From Eledone cirrhosa (lineage: Eukaryota): DNA of 64,000 nucleotides. Under the pieces are notes generated by a model. That model made no database searches. It saw only the letters and a list, made by a program, of their open reading frames with translations, and was not told where the DNA came from. The stretch is taken from positions 92,380,001 to 92,444,000 of the forward strand of contig OZ024746.1 of the NCBI GenBank assembly GCA_964016885.1, written 5' to 3'. A program made the position numbers and the translations under genes. Positions 14,190 through 27,435 of this stretch are shown one piece after another; position 1 is the stretch's first letter; each line of letters opens with the position of its first letter.

Positions 14190-14832
14190 GTTCTTGATAA
14201 CGGGACCCTACCAAAGTATAACAATATTTCTTGATAACGGGATCCTACCAAAGTATAACAATATTTCTTGAAAATGTGACCCTACCAAAGTATAACAATA
14301 TTTATTTCTTGATAACGGGACCCTACCAAAGTATAACAATATTTATTTCTTGATAACGGGACCCTACCAAAGTATAACAATATTTATTTCTTGATAACGT
14401 GACCCTACCAAAGTATAACAATATTTATTTCTTGATAACGTGACCCTACCAAAGTATAACAATATTTCTTGATAACAGGACCCTACCAAAGTATAACAAT
14501 ATTTATTTCTTGATAACGGGACCCTACCAAATTATAACAATATTTATTTCTTGATAACGGGACCCTACCAAAGTATAACAATATTTCTTGATAACGGGAC
14601 CCTACCAAAGTATAACAATATTTATTTCTTGATAACAGGACCCTACTAAAGTATAACAATATTTATTTCTTGATAACGGGACCCTACCAAATTATAACAA
14701 TATTTATTTCTTGATAACGTGACCCTACCAAAGTATAACAATATTTATTTCTTGATAACAGGACCCTACCAAATTATAACAATATTTATTTCTTGATAAC
14801 GTGACCCTACCAAAGTATAACAATATTTATTT
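14190..14832. repeat. Minisatellite, 37/41-bp unit TTCTTGATAACGGGACCCTACCAAAGTATAACAATAT(TTAT)
   Basis: About 16 tandem copies ending about 30 nt upstream of the 14865 acceptor. Confidence 0.95.
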
Positions 14833-14864
14833 ATTTGTTTATTCGTTTATTTTTATTTTTACAG

Positions 14865-14968
14865 TTTGGACGGACAGAAATAATCTGGAATAATTTAAAC
14901 CCAGATTTTGTCAGGAAATTCATCATCCATTACTTCTTTGAAGAGAGTCAAAAATTAAAATTTGAAAT
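14865..14968 (+). CDS. Copine exon: [34 protein letters not shown](I)
   Basis: 104 nt; polypyrimidine tract + acAG acceptor, GTaagt donor; hallmark copine C2A motif GRTExIxNxLNPDFxxKFxxxYxFEExQxLKF; ends phase 2 (AT). Confidence 0.95.
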
Positions 14969-15015
14969 GTAAGTAAAATACAATATAGTTCCTCCATATG
15001 TATTTTTGATTAGAA

Positions 15016-16622
15016 CTGTCGAATATACTCAAATATAAGCTGACCCCTTATTTTCTGTCTGAGAAATCAGCAAAAGTCTAAACCCCATTTATAAGCTGAG
15101 GCAGCTAATCAACACAATATGTTTAGAAGGTGAGGTTTTGAAATTCTCATGAGTATAAAATATATTTATGAAGTTATAATATTTTGATGTTTAAAAATGT
15201 TAATTGTCTTTAAGAATATAGTTTTTGTTTCACAACTCCATTGTGTAATGAGTTTCCATTACATAATGAGTTTCCATTACATAATGAGTTTCAATGAGTT
15301 TCAACAAGTTTCTCAAATTTGTATTTACTTCCAGCCACTGACATGCTGGGAGTAGTAAAAGATTGAATAAGAGAATTTTGTATAGGGATTTCTAGAGTAG
15401 AAGAGGGAGAGACAGCAAGTGAGAGTTAGAGGAGGAGGGGGGGGGGGGCAGAGTGAGAAAAAGAGAGGGTGAGAGTGACAATGGGGAGTGAGATTGAGGG
15501 GAGGCTGAGTGAGAAAAAGAGAGGGTGAGAATAATAATGGGGAGAGAGAGTGAGGGGAGGCTGAGTGAGAGTGAGGGGAGGCTTAGTGAGAGAAAGAGAA
15601 GGCAAGAGTGATAATGGAGAGTGAGAGCAATAAAATCAAATCAGAAGATTGATAGAAAAAATATATTGTCAGAGAAAACATGTACATGTGTGTATGTGTA
15701 GGGGATATTTATCTATATATATAAAACTGAGGATGTCTGTCTGTGTGTGTATGTGTCTGTGAGTTTGAATCCCTAAAACTCAAGAAGTACCCAATCGATT
15801 TTTTTCAAACTTTACATGTGTATTACTTATGTTTCAGGGAGTGTTATGCACATAAAAAATTCAACTTTTTGATCCCCTAGGGTCCGCATTAGGTGAAAAA
15901 CTGTGTTTTTTCAGGTTTTTAGGGTTTTTTTTAGGTGTTACGTCAGACCGATTTCCTTGAAATTGTAACTATCTATTAGTCAGTCTCTTCTTCATACCGT
16001 GAGCAAAGAAAATCCAAATTTTTTATGGCCTAGGGCCCGCATTAGGTGAAAAACTTCATTTTTTCAGCTTTTTATGGCTTTTTTGAGGCATTACGTCTAG
16101 CCGATTTTCCCGAAATTTCAAGGCATATTATGCACATAAAAAAAAATCATTTTCTTGATCCCCTAGGGCCCGCATTAGGTGAAAACCTGCATTTTTCCTG
16201 CTTCATCGAGGACAATCTTAAAGATTATCCAGCCATCAGAGTATTCGGTTTATTTTCTTTACATATTGTCCAGGCATGCAGTTTTTCCACGATTAGGTCT
16301 GTTGGCGGCCCGCGTTCCAAAATACCTTATCCTGTGGAACGCCTGGTACCACTGCTAGTGTATTAAAAAGTTCAAATAATAAAAGAACTGTTGGAATGTT
16401 CTCAAGGCAATGTATAACACCAACAACGATGTAGTAAATGTAGAAAAACAGTTTTTCATTGTAAAATAATCACTCCAGATATTTTAGTAAGTTATTTACG
16501 TAGAATTTGAAGTTGGTGATAATCATCAAAATATTGACCCCCGAATATGTCACCCCCCCCCTCCCATTTTACCAACAATGTTTTGGTCTCATATTCCTCG
16601 GCTTATATTCCAGTATATACAG
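15016..16622. mobile_element. pogo/Tigger-like non-autonomous DNA element containing a nested Helitron
   Basis: Imperfect TIRs CTGT...ATATACTCAAATATAAGCTGA / TCGGCTTATATTCCAGTATATACAG followed by TA. Confidence 0.6.
15712..16358 (+). mobile_element. Non-autonomous Helitron
   Basis: 5' A|TCTATATATATAAA, degenerate subterminal hairpin (CCTGTGGAACGCCTGG), 3' CTAG|T; internal repeated CCCTAGGGCCCGCATTAGGTGAAAA. Confidence 0.8.
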
Positions 16623-17334
16623 TAATTGTTTTATTTTTTTTAATTGATGATTAATTCTTCACTGTTTAGGTGTTTTATTAATGTATGTGCAACAATTGTT
16701 GCTATGTCAGCCTTGAAGGAAAGGACCTATTGTCCAAGACATTCCAGTTGTCACCATCTGTATCAAGCATCATTTAATGTCATTTCCTAAGGTGTTAATT
16801 GAGGGAGATTTGGCTGCTATTTCTAGAACATATCAAAACTTCTTTGTTGTCTTGTTTTTTTTTTCTTTTTCTTTTTCTCTATCTCTCTGTGAACGACCTT
16901 TTTCAACATTTGAGATACTCAGAGCAGCAGGACTACTGATAGAGAAGGTTTTGTCATTGTTAGAGGTTTGTATTACTGAAGTATCAAGTGATGCCTCACC
17001 ACCTTACTATGAGAACTTCAGCTTGCCTAACAACACCAGCATTCCCTGCTGCAGCATGTAACTGAGGGATTATGTATATTCTTTCTTCTTTCTTCTTTTT
17101 AACTCATCTTTATTATAATCTACTGATGTTGTCTCATAAAGGTTCAACTAAGAAAACCCCCATAAAAACCAAACCTCTCAAGTGTTGGTCATAATGAGAA
17201 AACATAACATGGCAGTTAATGTATACAATGTCCAAACATTGAAACAAAAAACTGTTGAAACCTCAGGAAATACACATGCAGACAGATACAGGCATACACA
17301 CATGCTACACACACTCCCAACTACACAAGTTTTT

Positions 17335-17690
17335 GTTAAGACACCACTAAGATCATATCTTCTCAGTCTTTTGTCTGTTAAGATGTCACTAAGATCATAT
17401 CTTCTCAGTCTGTTAAGACACCACTAAGGTCATATCTTGTCAGTATGTTAAGACACTACTAAGATCATATCTTCTCAGTCTGTTAAGACACCACTAAGAT
17501 CATATCTTCTCAGTCTGTTAAGACACCACTAAGGTCATATCTTCTCAGTCTGTTAAGACACCACTAAGATCATATCTTCTCAGTCTGTTAAGACACCACT
17601 AAGGTCATATCTTGTCTGTCTGTTAAGTCACCACTAAGGACATATCTTGTCTGTCTGTTAAGACACCACTAAGGTCATATCTCATCTGTC
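17335..17690. repeat. Minisatellite, 35-bp unit CTGTTAAGACACCACTAAGATCATATCTTCTCAGT
   Basis: About 10 tandem copies. Confidence 0.92.
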
Positions 17691-18796
17691 CATTACTGAA
17701 CGTGACCAAGCCACAGATGTTCACAACAACACAGTTTTATATATGTTGGTGATCTACATAATAAACACACCCAGTACACACTGTAAAGTGGTTGGTGATA
17801 GGAAGGGCATCTAGCCATAGAAAGCTTACTAAACTAAAGGGTTGGAGGACCCTTCAGTTGTGTCAAAAACATCACAACCTCCCTTATGCTCTCAATAGAA
17901 TGTAAAACCATATGTAAGTGAGATGCAGACACCCCTGGCCTGACTAAGAAGTCAGTAGCCCCGCTTCAGTACTGCCAGTAGGAGAAACAGACGTTAAACT
18001 ATGCTGATGATGATGATGATGTGTGTAGTAAAGAGTTAAACACCATCAAGATGATATCCCTCCTAATATATCATACATCAGTCTTCTCTATGTCCATCAC
18101 TGAGATATCAGCTCACAGATAATTATTGATTGTTTATTTAGACAAACCCAAGTGCCCCCCCCCCTCCCCAACTCCCTCCAAAAGATGTCCATATTTAGCT
18201 ACTTTCTACAGAGTACATATTTCTATCTTTCTCTATATCTTCCTCTCTTTCATATGTATGTGTATGTATTAGTAAGTACTTATATGTATTTATGTATGTG
18301 TATTGTGAGTGTGTATGTGCAAGTATTTCTATATATTGAAGTGTTGGAGGGTCATACTTTCAGTTGTAGCTGTGTATATGTTGATGATGTTTCTTCATGG
18401 TTTACTCCTCATCACTGCCTTCCCAACAACACCACATTAATGTTGTATTGAGGTAGCACCGTTGACATAATAAAACACACCCAGTCTACCCTGTAGTTTA
18501 TACACACACACACACTAAAATACACTGACACACAAATGCACTGACACTCAAATACACACACACACACTCAAATACACTCACACACACTCAAATACATACA
18601 CACACAAATACACTTACATACACACACACAAATACACTCACACACACACAAATACACACACTCAAATACACTCACACACACACACACACACTCAAATACA
18701 CACATACACACACAAATACACACATGTATATTCAAACAGAACGCAAAACGATAAGTTCTTGTTTTGAATATGTCACTATCTGTAAAACAACTTTTG

Positions 18797-18858
18797 TATT
18801 TTATCTGATGAGGGCATAGCAAATATTTTGGTACCCTTGAAATATATATAATAAAATA
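18797..18858 (+). ncRNA. Putative type I hammerhead ribozyme motif
   Basis: Stem I TATTTTAT/ATAAAATA (8 bp), CTGATGA (18805), stem II GGG...CCC(TT), GAAA, palindromic TATATA, TA cleavage doublet. Confidence 0.55.
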
Positions 18859-19957
18859 AATATGGTTTTATAAAGATAGTTTCCATTTATTAATATTACA
18901 TGTGAAGTGTGTATATTGATATTATATGCAAGTATATATGCATGTAGATATGAGCAAATAAAATCATAATTGACAATATACACAGAAATTGAACGAAGAC
19001 TGTGTTATACTGTCTTATGTATTCAGTAACGTAATCCATGACACATTAAAAAAAGACGATATTATATATAAACTGCACTAGGAGAAAATTAGTGACAGAA
19101 ATATATGAATATTTATTTAAATTATCACTAACCGGAAGTGTTGACATTTGAAAATTTTAAAGAAGTAAATCTTTAAATAAGTAATAAAATATATTTAATG
19201 AACAGCCACGAAATTTAATAGACAAATTATGTAATATTCATTCATTATTTATTCAAAGTAATCCAACTTATTTTACTAAGGTGATAAAAAAATTATAAAC
19301 TGTACGCAGTCCTGCGCTTCTTACTTTATTATAGTTTAGATTGATATTATACTTCAGAAGTACCTGTAGAGTGCTTCTAATCTGTTATAAACTAAATTTG
19401 TTGAATTTGTTGAATAACCAACAAATTAAATAACTCATTGCTTATATATATATATATATCTTTTTCTGTCTTACATTTACTGTTTCTCTTTTTCTCTCTC
19501 ACATACTGTGTATTTATCTACATCTTTCTCTCTCTCACTTTATCTCCCACTCTCTCTTTCATTCAATTTCTCATTTCCTCTCTCATACTAGACATTTCTT
19601 TATTTGGAATTGTTGCTGAATTCCTTTAAATATTTTAAGGTAAAATTTGTTAAGTTAGCTTTGTCATCGCAATTAATAGAATTCTTTTGATCACTGAAAA
19701 TAGGAACACAAATATGAAATCCAACATTTAACAGTTTTATTTATTTGATACATATATGTGTGTGTATATATATATATATATGTGTGTGTACATATATATG
19801 CGTATATATGTGTATACATGTGTGTGCGTGTGTATATATATGTGTGTACATATATATGCGTATATATGTGTATACATGTGTCTATATATGTGTATGTATA
19901 TATATGTGTATATATATATGTTTATACATATATACATACATATATATATATGTATAT

Positions 19958-20717
19958 ATACATTTAAAATATATGATAAACACGAAATGTGTTTACATTG
20001 CAACAGACAAAGTCAGCTATTAATGAAATAAACTAATTAAAGTGAATACAATTTGTCTGTCTCGATATAAGTCAATAAAGACAAGCTTATATTGGCAACG
20101 GCCATGATTCCTGGACAGATTTAAATTTCAAAATTCAAACCTGTTCTGTAGACGAATTTGAACCTCGAAACCTAAATAAGTTTCGCAACGGTGGAATGTG
20201 AATTGAAAAATAAAGAGAATCGAAATGGAATAGAAATAAAAGAGTGAAATATCCAAATCTTCTGTGCTTATCAACAGGAATCCAGTAAAATTAGTACATC
20301 TCACATCAAAAATTTTGCGGGTCTGACTACACGTGGGTAGGCATGCCAAAACTAGCCGTCCCACATTCACGGTGCTAGAAATAACAGCCGCTTATGCAGG
20401 ATTAAGGATCAGCTCTACAATAAAGGAGCCATACACTATATTATATTTTGAGAATAAACTCTCAGTCGTTTACAATAATTCAGCTCCAGGAAAAGGGGCT
20501 CTTCCGAGCAGTTAAATACATTTAAAATATATGATAAACACGAAATGTGCACTTTAATTAGTTTATTTCATTAATAGCTAACTTTGTCTGTTGCAATGTA
20601 AACACATTTCGTGTTTATCATATATTTTAAATGTATTTAACTGCTCGGAAGAGCCCCTTTTCCTGGAGCTTAATTATTGTAAACGACTGAGAGTTTATTC
20701 TCAAAATATAATATAGT
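19958..20717. repeat. Non-coding module in (TA)n with partial direct repeat and 115-bp inverted arms
   Basis: 20435-20549 is the reverse complement of 20603-20717; 20516-20549 repeats 19958-19991; 20550-20602 is the reverse complement of 19992-20044. Confidence 0.85.
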
Positions 20718-21483
<766 letters not shown>

Positions 21484-22650
21484 GATTAAATGATTTATTT
21501 TATTTTTGTTATATATATATATATCATTTTTCCCCTCTGATTCCGAGGAATGTTAAAAATATCGAAATTATTGAAAACTCTTTGCTAGCAACAAGAGTAA
21601 AAGCTTTGATTGGTCAAACAAGAATCCTAGAAATAACAGAGTAATTGTAGTATTTACCATTCCATCAATATGTCCCATTCAAAACCATAGTGACAATAAT
21701 TCTATTGAAAAAAGAAAAGAGAAAAAATAGAACTAGTGGTTTATTTTTAAACGAAAACTGAAGTATGATACAAAATAAAAGAGTGGTAGGCGTATCTCAT
21801 TAGGAAAGAAAACATTGTGATTATTCAATTAATTGTCTGTTTTAACGCTTCCACACCGATGCTATCAATTGAACCTAAAACTACATGGATAACCTCTCAG
21901 AGAATTTTTAAGGAGTTAACTGTGGACCAAAGGGTAAGATCTATGAAGTTACTCAACACAAGGATATGTAGATGTTCAATTTGCTACCAAATTTCCTTCA
22001 AATCACACTCTGCCATCTTAAACAATGAAGGGCACATGAGATAATATATTCATACTTTCTCCTTAAAAGGCAAGATGGTCATGGCTGGAATGTATTTGAT
22101 CATGCGTTTTGATAATTATCAGGTTTAACCTAACAACATTACTAGGAACATTATTTTGTAAATTGCCTATATAATCATTATGTTCACCATGACAAGCTCC
22201 TCTACCAACTACATCATTCCTCACCAATGCCCAGCTTTCATTTCCTCTTCCATCATCTATAACCATGTCTTTCTTCTACCTACTTCCTTTCACCCAAGTA
22301 TTTCATCCTCAACACATGACCCAACCATCTCATTCCATTTCTCTTCACAACAATCAACACTACTCTATCCCAACATCCTCTACAATTCATTGTTAGTCTT
22401 CCTCTCTCTCAACAACACTCCACTCATCCACTTCACTATTCTCATTTCCATTCTTTCCATCATTCTCTGCTTCTCCATGTTCATCACCCATGTCTCACTC
22501 CATAAACCATGTCACTTATCACACATGTAGCATACATGTTTCCTTTCAGTTGTAATGGCACACCTCTCCTTATTAACACACCACTCAATTCCTGGAACTT
22601 CTTACTCTAGTTACTGTCACAGAGTCTAATCAACTCTATTCACTCTAAAG

Positions 22651-23536
22651 CAAAGGTTCTCAACGGGGGGCATATGCACCCCCGGGGGGTGTTTGGTAGC
22701 AAGGTCACGTTAGGGGGGGGGGGGGCGTTTGGAGCTGGAGGAGGGGGTTAAGGGGGCGCTGGGTTTTTCCATTTTTAGGATCTCAATTACCGGTTAACGT
22801 CTCAATTACCGGACATGCCTGCACACCTGCTCACAGCTGCGGTTTGAATGAGCTTGCAGACAGCATAACTATAGTCTGGCCACAGCTGTGAGCAGGTGTG
22901 CAGGCATGTCCGGTAATTGAGACGTTAACCGGTAATTGAGATCCTAAAAATGGAAAAACCCACAGTCATCTGGGTGAAAGACACTTTGAGCGCAGCCAGT
23001 TAGAATCTTATCTTTCCTTCACCGATAACAATGTATTTCATGTCTGAAATTATTGACTCAACCGTAACGAGTTAACACTATGTAGATCTATTTTATTCCC
23101 TATTGTATAAATAATATTACAAATAAAAAAAAGAAAAGAAAAAAACAGAAGCGAGTAGCACACACATCTAGGACCACATACAACACATAATGAGATAATA
23201 CACACATCTAGGACCACATACAACACATAATCAGATAATACACACATCTAGGACCACATACAACACATAAGCATATAATACACACATCTAGGACCACATA
23301 CAACACATAAGCATATAATACACACATCTAGGACCACATACAACACATAATCAGATAATATACACATGTTTGGAATATTGTTAATCAATTTTTTAGTAAT
23401 CTACTGATATAAAAATCAGTAGTATATTGAAAAAGTGAAAAAATAGGGTGGTGGAGGGGGGGGGGGGGGGGGGGGGGGGTTCGTGATTTTGAGGGACAAA
23501 AGGAGGCGTTTGGCCTAAATGGGTTGAGAACCTGTG
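22651..23536. mobile_element. hAT (Charlie-like) non-autonomous element with 8-bp TSD
   Basis: TIRs CAAAGGTTCTCAAC / GTTGAGAACCTGTG; identical 8-bp TSD CTCTAAAG at 22643-22650 and 23537-23544; carries an internal 80-bp perfect inverted repeat and a ~40-bp tandem repeat (23160-23365). Confidence 0.9.
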
Positions 23537-23649
23537 CTCTAAAGTAACAAAATGTTTTCACACTTTCCATCTTCCCAAGATCCAACTTACCATCCTATCC
23601 ATTTGTCCCCCCCCCCCCCTCCCCCCACACTTTACACTTAAATGTCTCG

Positions 23650-23915
23650 AGCTCAGGGACTCATCAGACCAGTGCTTATCCCAGTCTCTGTGGCATGAAG
23701 CGACTGAGAGTACAAGACTCTCCCCTTGTCAGGACACCAGTCCATCACAAGGTTAAACCCCCAGCTATTGTTGGTACTCATTTTCAGATGAGTATACTGG
23801 AGCAACGTGAAATGAAGTGTTTTCCTCAAGCCACAACACACAACCCAGGAATTGAACCCTCAAAAATATGATCATAAGTCCAACACCCTTACCAATAGGC
23901 CATGTACCTCCATAA
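23650..23915 (-). mobile_element. tRNA/CORE-like SINE, minus strand
   Basis: Reverse complement shows the A/B-box head and CTTGAGGAAAACACTTCATTTCACGTTGCTCCAG; related piece at about 33630-33810. Confidence 0.6.
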
Positions 23916-24333
23916 CACTGAAATATAGCTGTCACATTAATTAATAATTGATTCTACTTTTGGCACAAGGCCAACAATTATCCTAGTGTATTACTGGTAC
24001 TTTATTTTATCGACCCCGTAAGGATAAAAGGCAAAGCTAACCTCGGTGGGATTTGAACTCAGATCATAAAGGGACATAATTCTTTGCAATCCCATCACAA
24101 CATTTCCTGTTCTCATTGTACCTAATACATCTGTCACATGACCACTCCCTGTTCTCATTGCTATCACTACTCTCTCTCTCTCTCTCCCTCTCTCTCTCTC
24201 ACCCTCTCCTTCACAGACAATGGCTCAGTTGGAGAGGAATGATCGTTGCCAGGTTAAAACCACCCCAGATGTATGTCATGATGATGACTCTCTCTCTCTA
24301 AAGTACAACCTCTCCTCCATTCCAAACTCCCTT

Positions 24334-24369
<36 letters not shown>

Positions 24370-24402
24370 CCAAGTGCAGCCCTTCCTTCATTTCTAATTC
24401 TT

Positions 24403-26722
24403 CCAAGACACTACTTCACGTAGAACCAGACCCCCCCCCCCCAATACACCACTTCACGTAGAAGCAGATCCCCCCAAGGCACTACTTCACGTAGAACCAG
24501 ATGCCCACCCCCAAGGCACTACTTCACATAGAACCAGATCCCCCCTCCAAGTCACCACTTCACATAGAACCAGATCCCCCCAAGACACTACTTCACACAG
24601 AACCAGACGCCCCCAAAAAAACACTACTTCACATAGAACCAGATCCCCCCCCCAAGACACTACTTCACGTAGAACCAGACCCCCCCCAAAAAAACACTAC
24701 TTCACATAGAACCAGATCCCCCCCCCCCAAGACACTACTTCACGTAGAACCAGACCCCCCCCCCCCAAGTCACTACTTCACGTAGAACCAGATCCCCCCC
24801 AAGACACCACTTCACGTAGAACCAGACCCCCCCAAGACACCACTTCACGTAGAACCAGACCCCCCCAAGACACTACTTCACGTAGAACCAGATCCCCTCC
24901 CCAAGTCACGACTTCACGTAGAACCAGATCCCCCCCCCCCCAAGACACCACTTCACGTAGAACCAGACCCCCCCAAGACACCACTTCACGTAGAACCAGA
25001 TCCCCCCCCAAGACACCACTTCACGTAGAACCAGACCCCCCCAAGACACCACTTCACGTAGAACCAGATCCCTCCTCCAAGTCACCACTTCACGTAGAAC
25101 CAGACCCCCCCAAGACACCACTTCACGTAGAACCAGATCCCCCCCAAAGACACCACTTCACGTAGAACCAGACCCCCCCAAGACACCACTTCACGTAGAA
25201 CCAGATCCCCCCCAAAGACACCACTTCACATAGAACCAGATCCCCCCCAAGACACTACTTCATGTAGAACCAGATCCTCCCCCCTAAAGCACTACCTCAC
25301 GTAGAACCAGATCCCCCTAAGACACTACTTCACTTAGAACCAGATCCCCCCCAAGACACTACTTCACTTCGAACCAGATCCCCCCAAGACACTACTTCAC
25401 TTCGAACCAGATCCCCCCCAAGACACTACTTCACTTCGAACCAGACCCCCCTTCCAAGTCACCACTTCACGTAGAACCAGATCCCCCCAAGACACCACTT
25501 CACGTAGAACCATATCCCTCCCCCCCAAAGCACTACTTCACTTCGAACCAGATCCCCCCAAGACACTACTTCACGTAGAACCAGACCCCCCCCCCCCAAG
25601 ACACCACTTCACTTAGAACCAGACCCCCCCAAGACACCACTTCATGCAGTACCAGATCCCCCCCCAAGACACCACTTCACGTAGAACCAGATCCCCCCAA
25701 GACGCTACTTCACTTAGAACCAAACCCACCCTCCAAGTCACCACTTCACGTAGAACCAGTTCCCCCCCAAGACACCACTTCACGTAGAACCAGATCCCCC
25801 CCAAGACACCACTTCACGTAGAACCAGATCTCCCCAAGATGCTACTTCACTTAGAACCAGACCCCCCCTCCAAGTCACCACTTCATGTAGAACCAGATCC
25901 CCCCCAAGGCACTACTTCACGTAGAACCAGATCCCCCCTCCAAGTCACCACTTCACGTAGAACCAGACCCCCCCTCCAAGTCACCACTTCATGTAGAACC
26001 AGATCCCCCCCAAGACATTACTTCACTTAGAACCAGATCCCCCCCCAAGACACCACTTCACGCAGAACCAGATCCCCTCCCCCAAGACACCACTTCACGT
26101 AGAACCAGACCCCCCTCCAAGTCACCACTTCATGTAGAACCAGATCCCCCCCAAGACACTACTTCACATAGAACCAGATCCCCCCCAAGACACCACTTCA
26201 CGTAGAACCAGATTCCCCCCAAGACACTACTTCACGTAGAACCAGATCCCCCCCCAAGGCACTACTTCACGTAGAACCAGATCCGCCTAAGATGCTACTT
26301 CACGTAGAACCAGATCCCCCCTCCAAGTCACCACTGCACGTAGAACCAGACCCACCCTCCAAGTCACCATTTCATGTAGAACCAGATCCCCCCAAGACAC
26401 TACTTCACTTAGAACCAGATCCCCCCCAAGACACTACTTCACGTAGAAACAGATCCCCCCCCCCCCCAAGGCACTACTTCACGTAGAACCAGATCCCCCC
26501 AAGACACTACTTCACTTAGAACCAGATCCCCCGCAAGACACTACTTCACTTAGAACCAGATCCCCCCAAGACACTACTTCACTTAGAACCAGATCCCCCC
26601 AAGACACTACTTCACTTAGAACCAGATCCCCCCCCCCCCCCCCAAGACACTACTTCACTTAGAACCAGATCCCCCCCCCAAGACACTACTTCACGTAGAA
26701 CCAGATCCCCCCCCCCCCAGGC
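24403..26722. repeat. Minisatellite, ~35-40-bp unit CCAAGACAC(T/C)ACTTCACGTAGAACCAGAT(C)n
   Basis: About 60 tandem copies with a variable poly-C run; abuts the 5' end of the Penelope-like relic. Confidence 0.96.
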
Positions 26723-27435
26723 ACTATAAAATGGCGTTAGTTAACAGCGGCTTCTCGCAACCTATCACTTACTCTCCCACTAACAAAAACAGGAAGAAGA
26801 AAAGAAAGCGTAACAATAGACAAACTATCTGGTTCTCTCCTCCCTTCTCACTGAATGTTAAAACTAATGTAGGAAAAATTTTTAGCCCTCTTAGATAGAC
26901 ACTTTCCCATAGGTCCCAAATACTGCTTCATCTTTAACAGACACAAAGTAAAACTAGGGTACTCCTGCACTAAGAATATGAAGGCCCACATCAACAACAG
27001 CGTTAAGAGCAACACCCCACCAGGGTGCTCTTGTCGAAAGCCTGAAGCTTGTCCCCTTCAACAACAATGCAACACACCTGCTATAGTTTATGAAGCTGTG
27101 GTCACTTCGAACGGATAAATATTCTAAAGAGATTACGCAATAGCGATTGCCTAAACTCAAGAAATGAAATCTTCACATGTTGTCCACATGTCTGGAAACA
27201 CCTCTTCCATAACCACAAAGCTCCGGATTGAATAACAACAAGATCCTAATTTTCTTATCAACTAGAACCGTTCGGACTTTCGCTCACAGTTTTGCATTGC
27301 CTGGGTGAAGTGACTGTTTCTACGCATGCACGTTCATACGGTTGTCCTTCCTATTCCATATAACCCTGACCATTACAAGCTGAGGATCCGCTAAGATGAA
27401 ACAATTGTTCTCGGTATGGTGAACTAACTGTTGTG
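26719..27435 (+). mobile_element. Penelope-like retroelement (Naiad-type) 3' relic, frameshifted and internally deleted
   Basis: Manual translation: YKMALVNSGF...RQTIWFSPPFSLNVKTNVGKIF / LALLDRHFP...IFNRHKVKLGYSCTKNM...CSCRKPEACPLQQQC..AIVYEAVV, later CLNSRNEIFTCCPH. Fits PLE thumb/linker, CxCx5Cx5C motif, start of GIY-YIG and C-terminal motif; followed by an HHR-like motif and (TA)n. Confidence 0.85.
27369..27420 (+). ncRNA. Degenerate hammerhead motif in the PLE 3' region
   Basis: CTGAGGA (27380) - TCcgctaaGA(T) - GAAA - palindromic CAATTG - TT; stem I only partly paired (ACCAT/ATGGT distal). Confidence 0.55.

Noticed and set aside
19300-19342. Helitron-like 3' hairpin (CGCAGTCCTGCG ... 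TATAGTTTAGAT)
   Set aside because: No matching 5' end identified and the terminus is non-canonical; too weak to call
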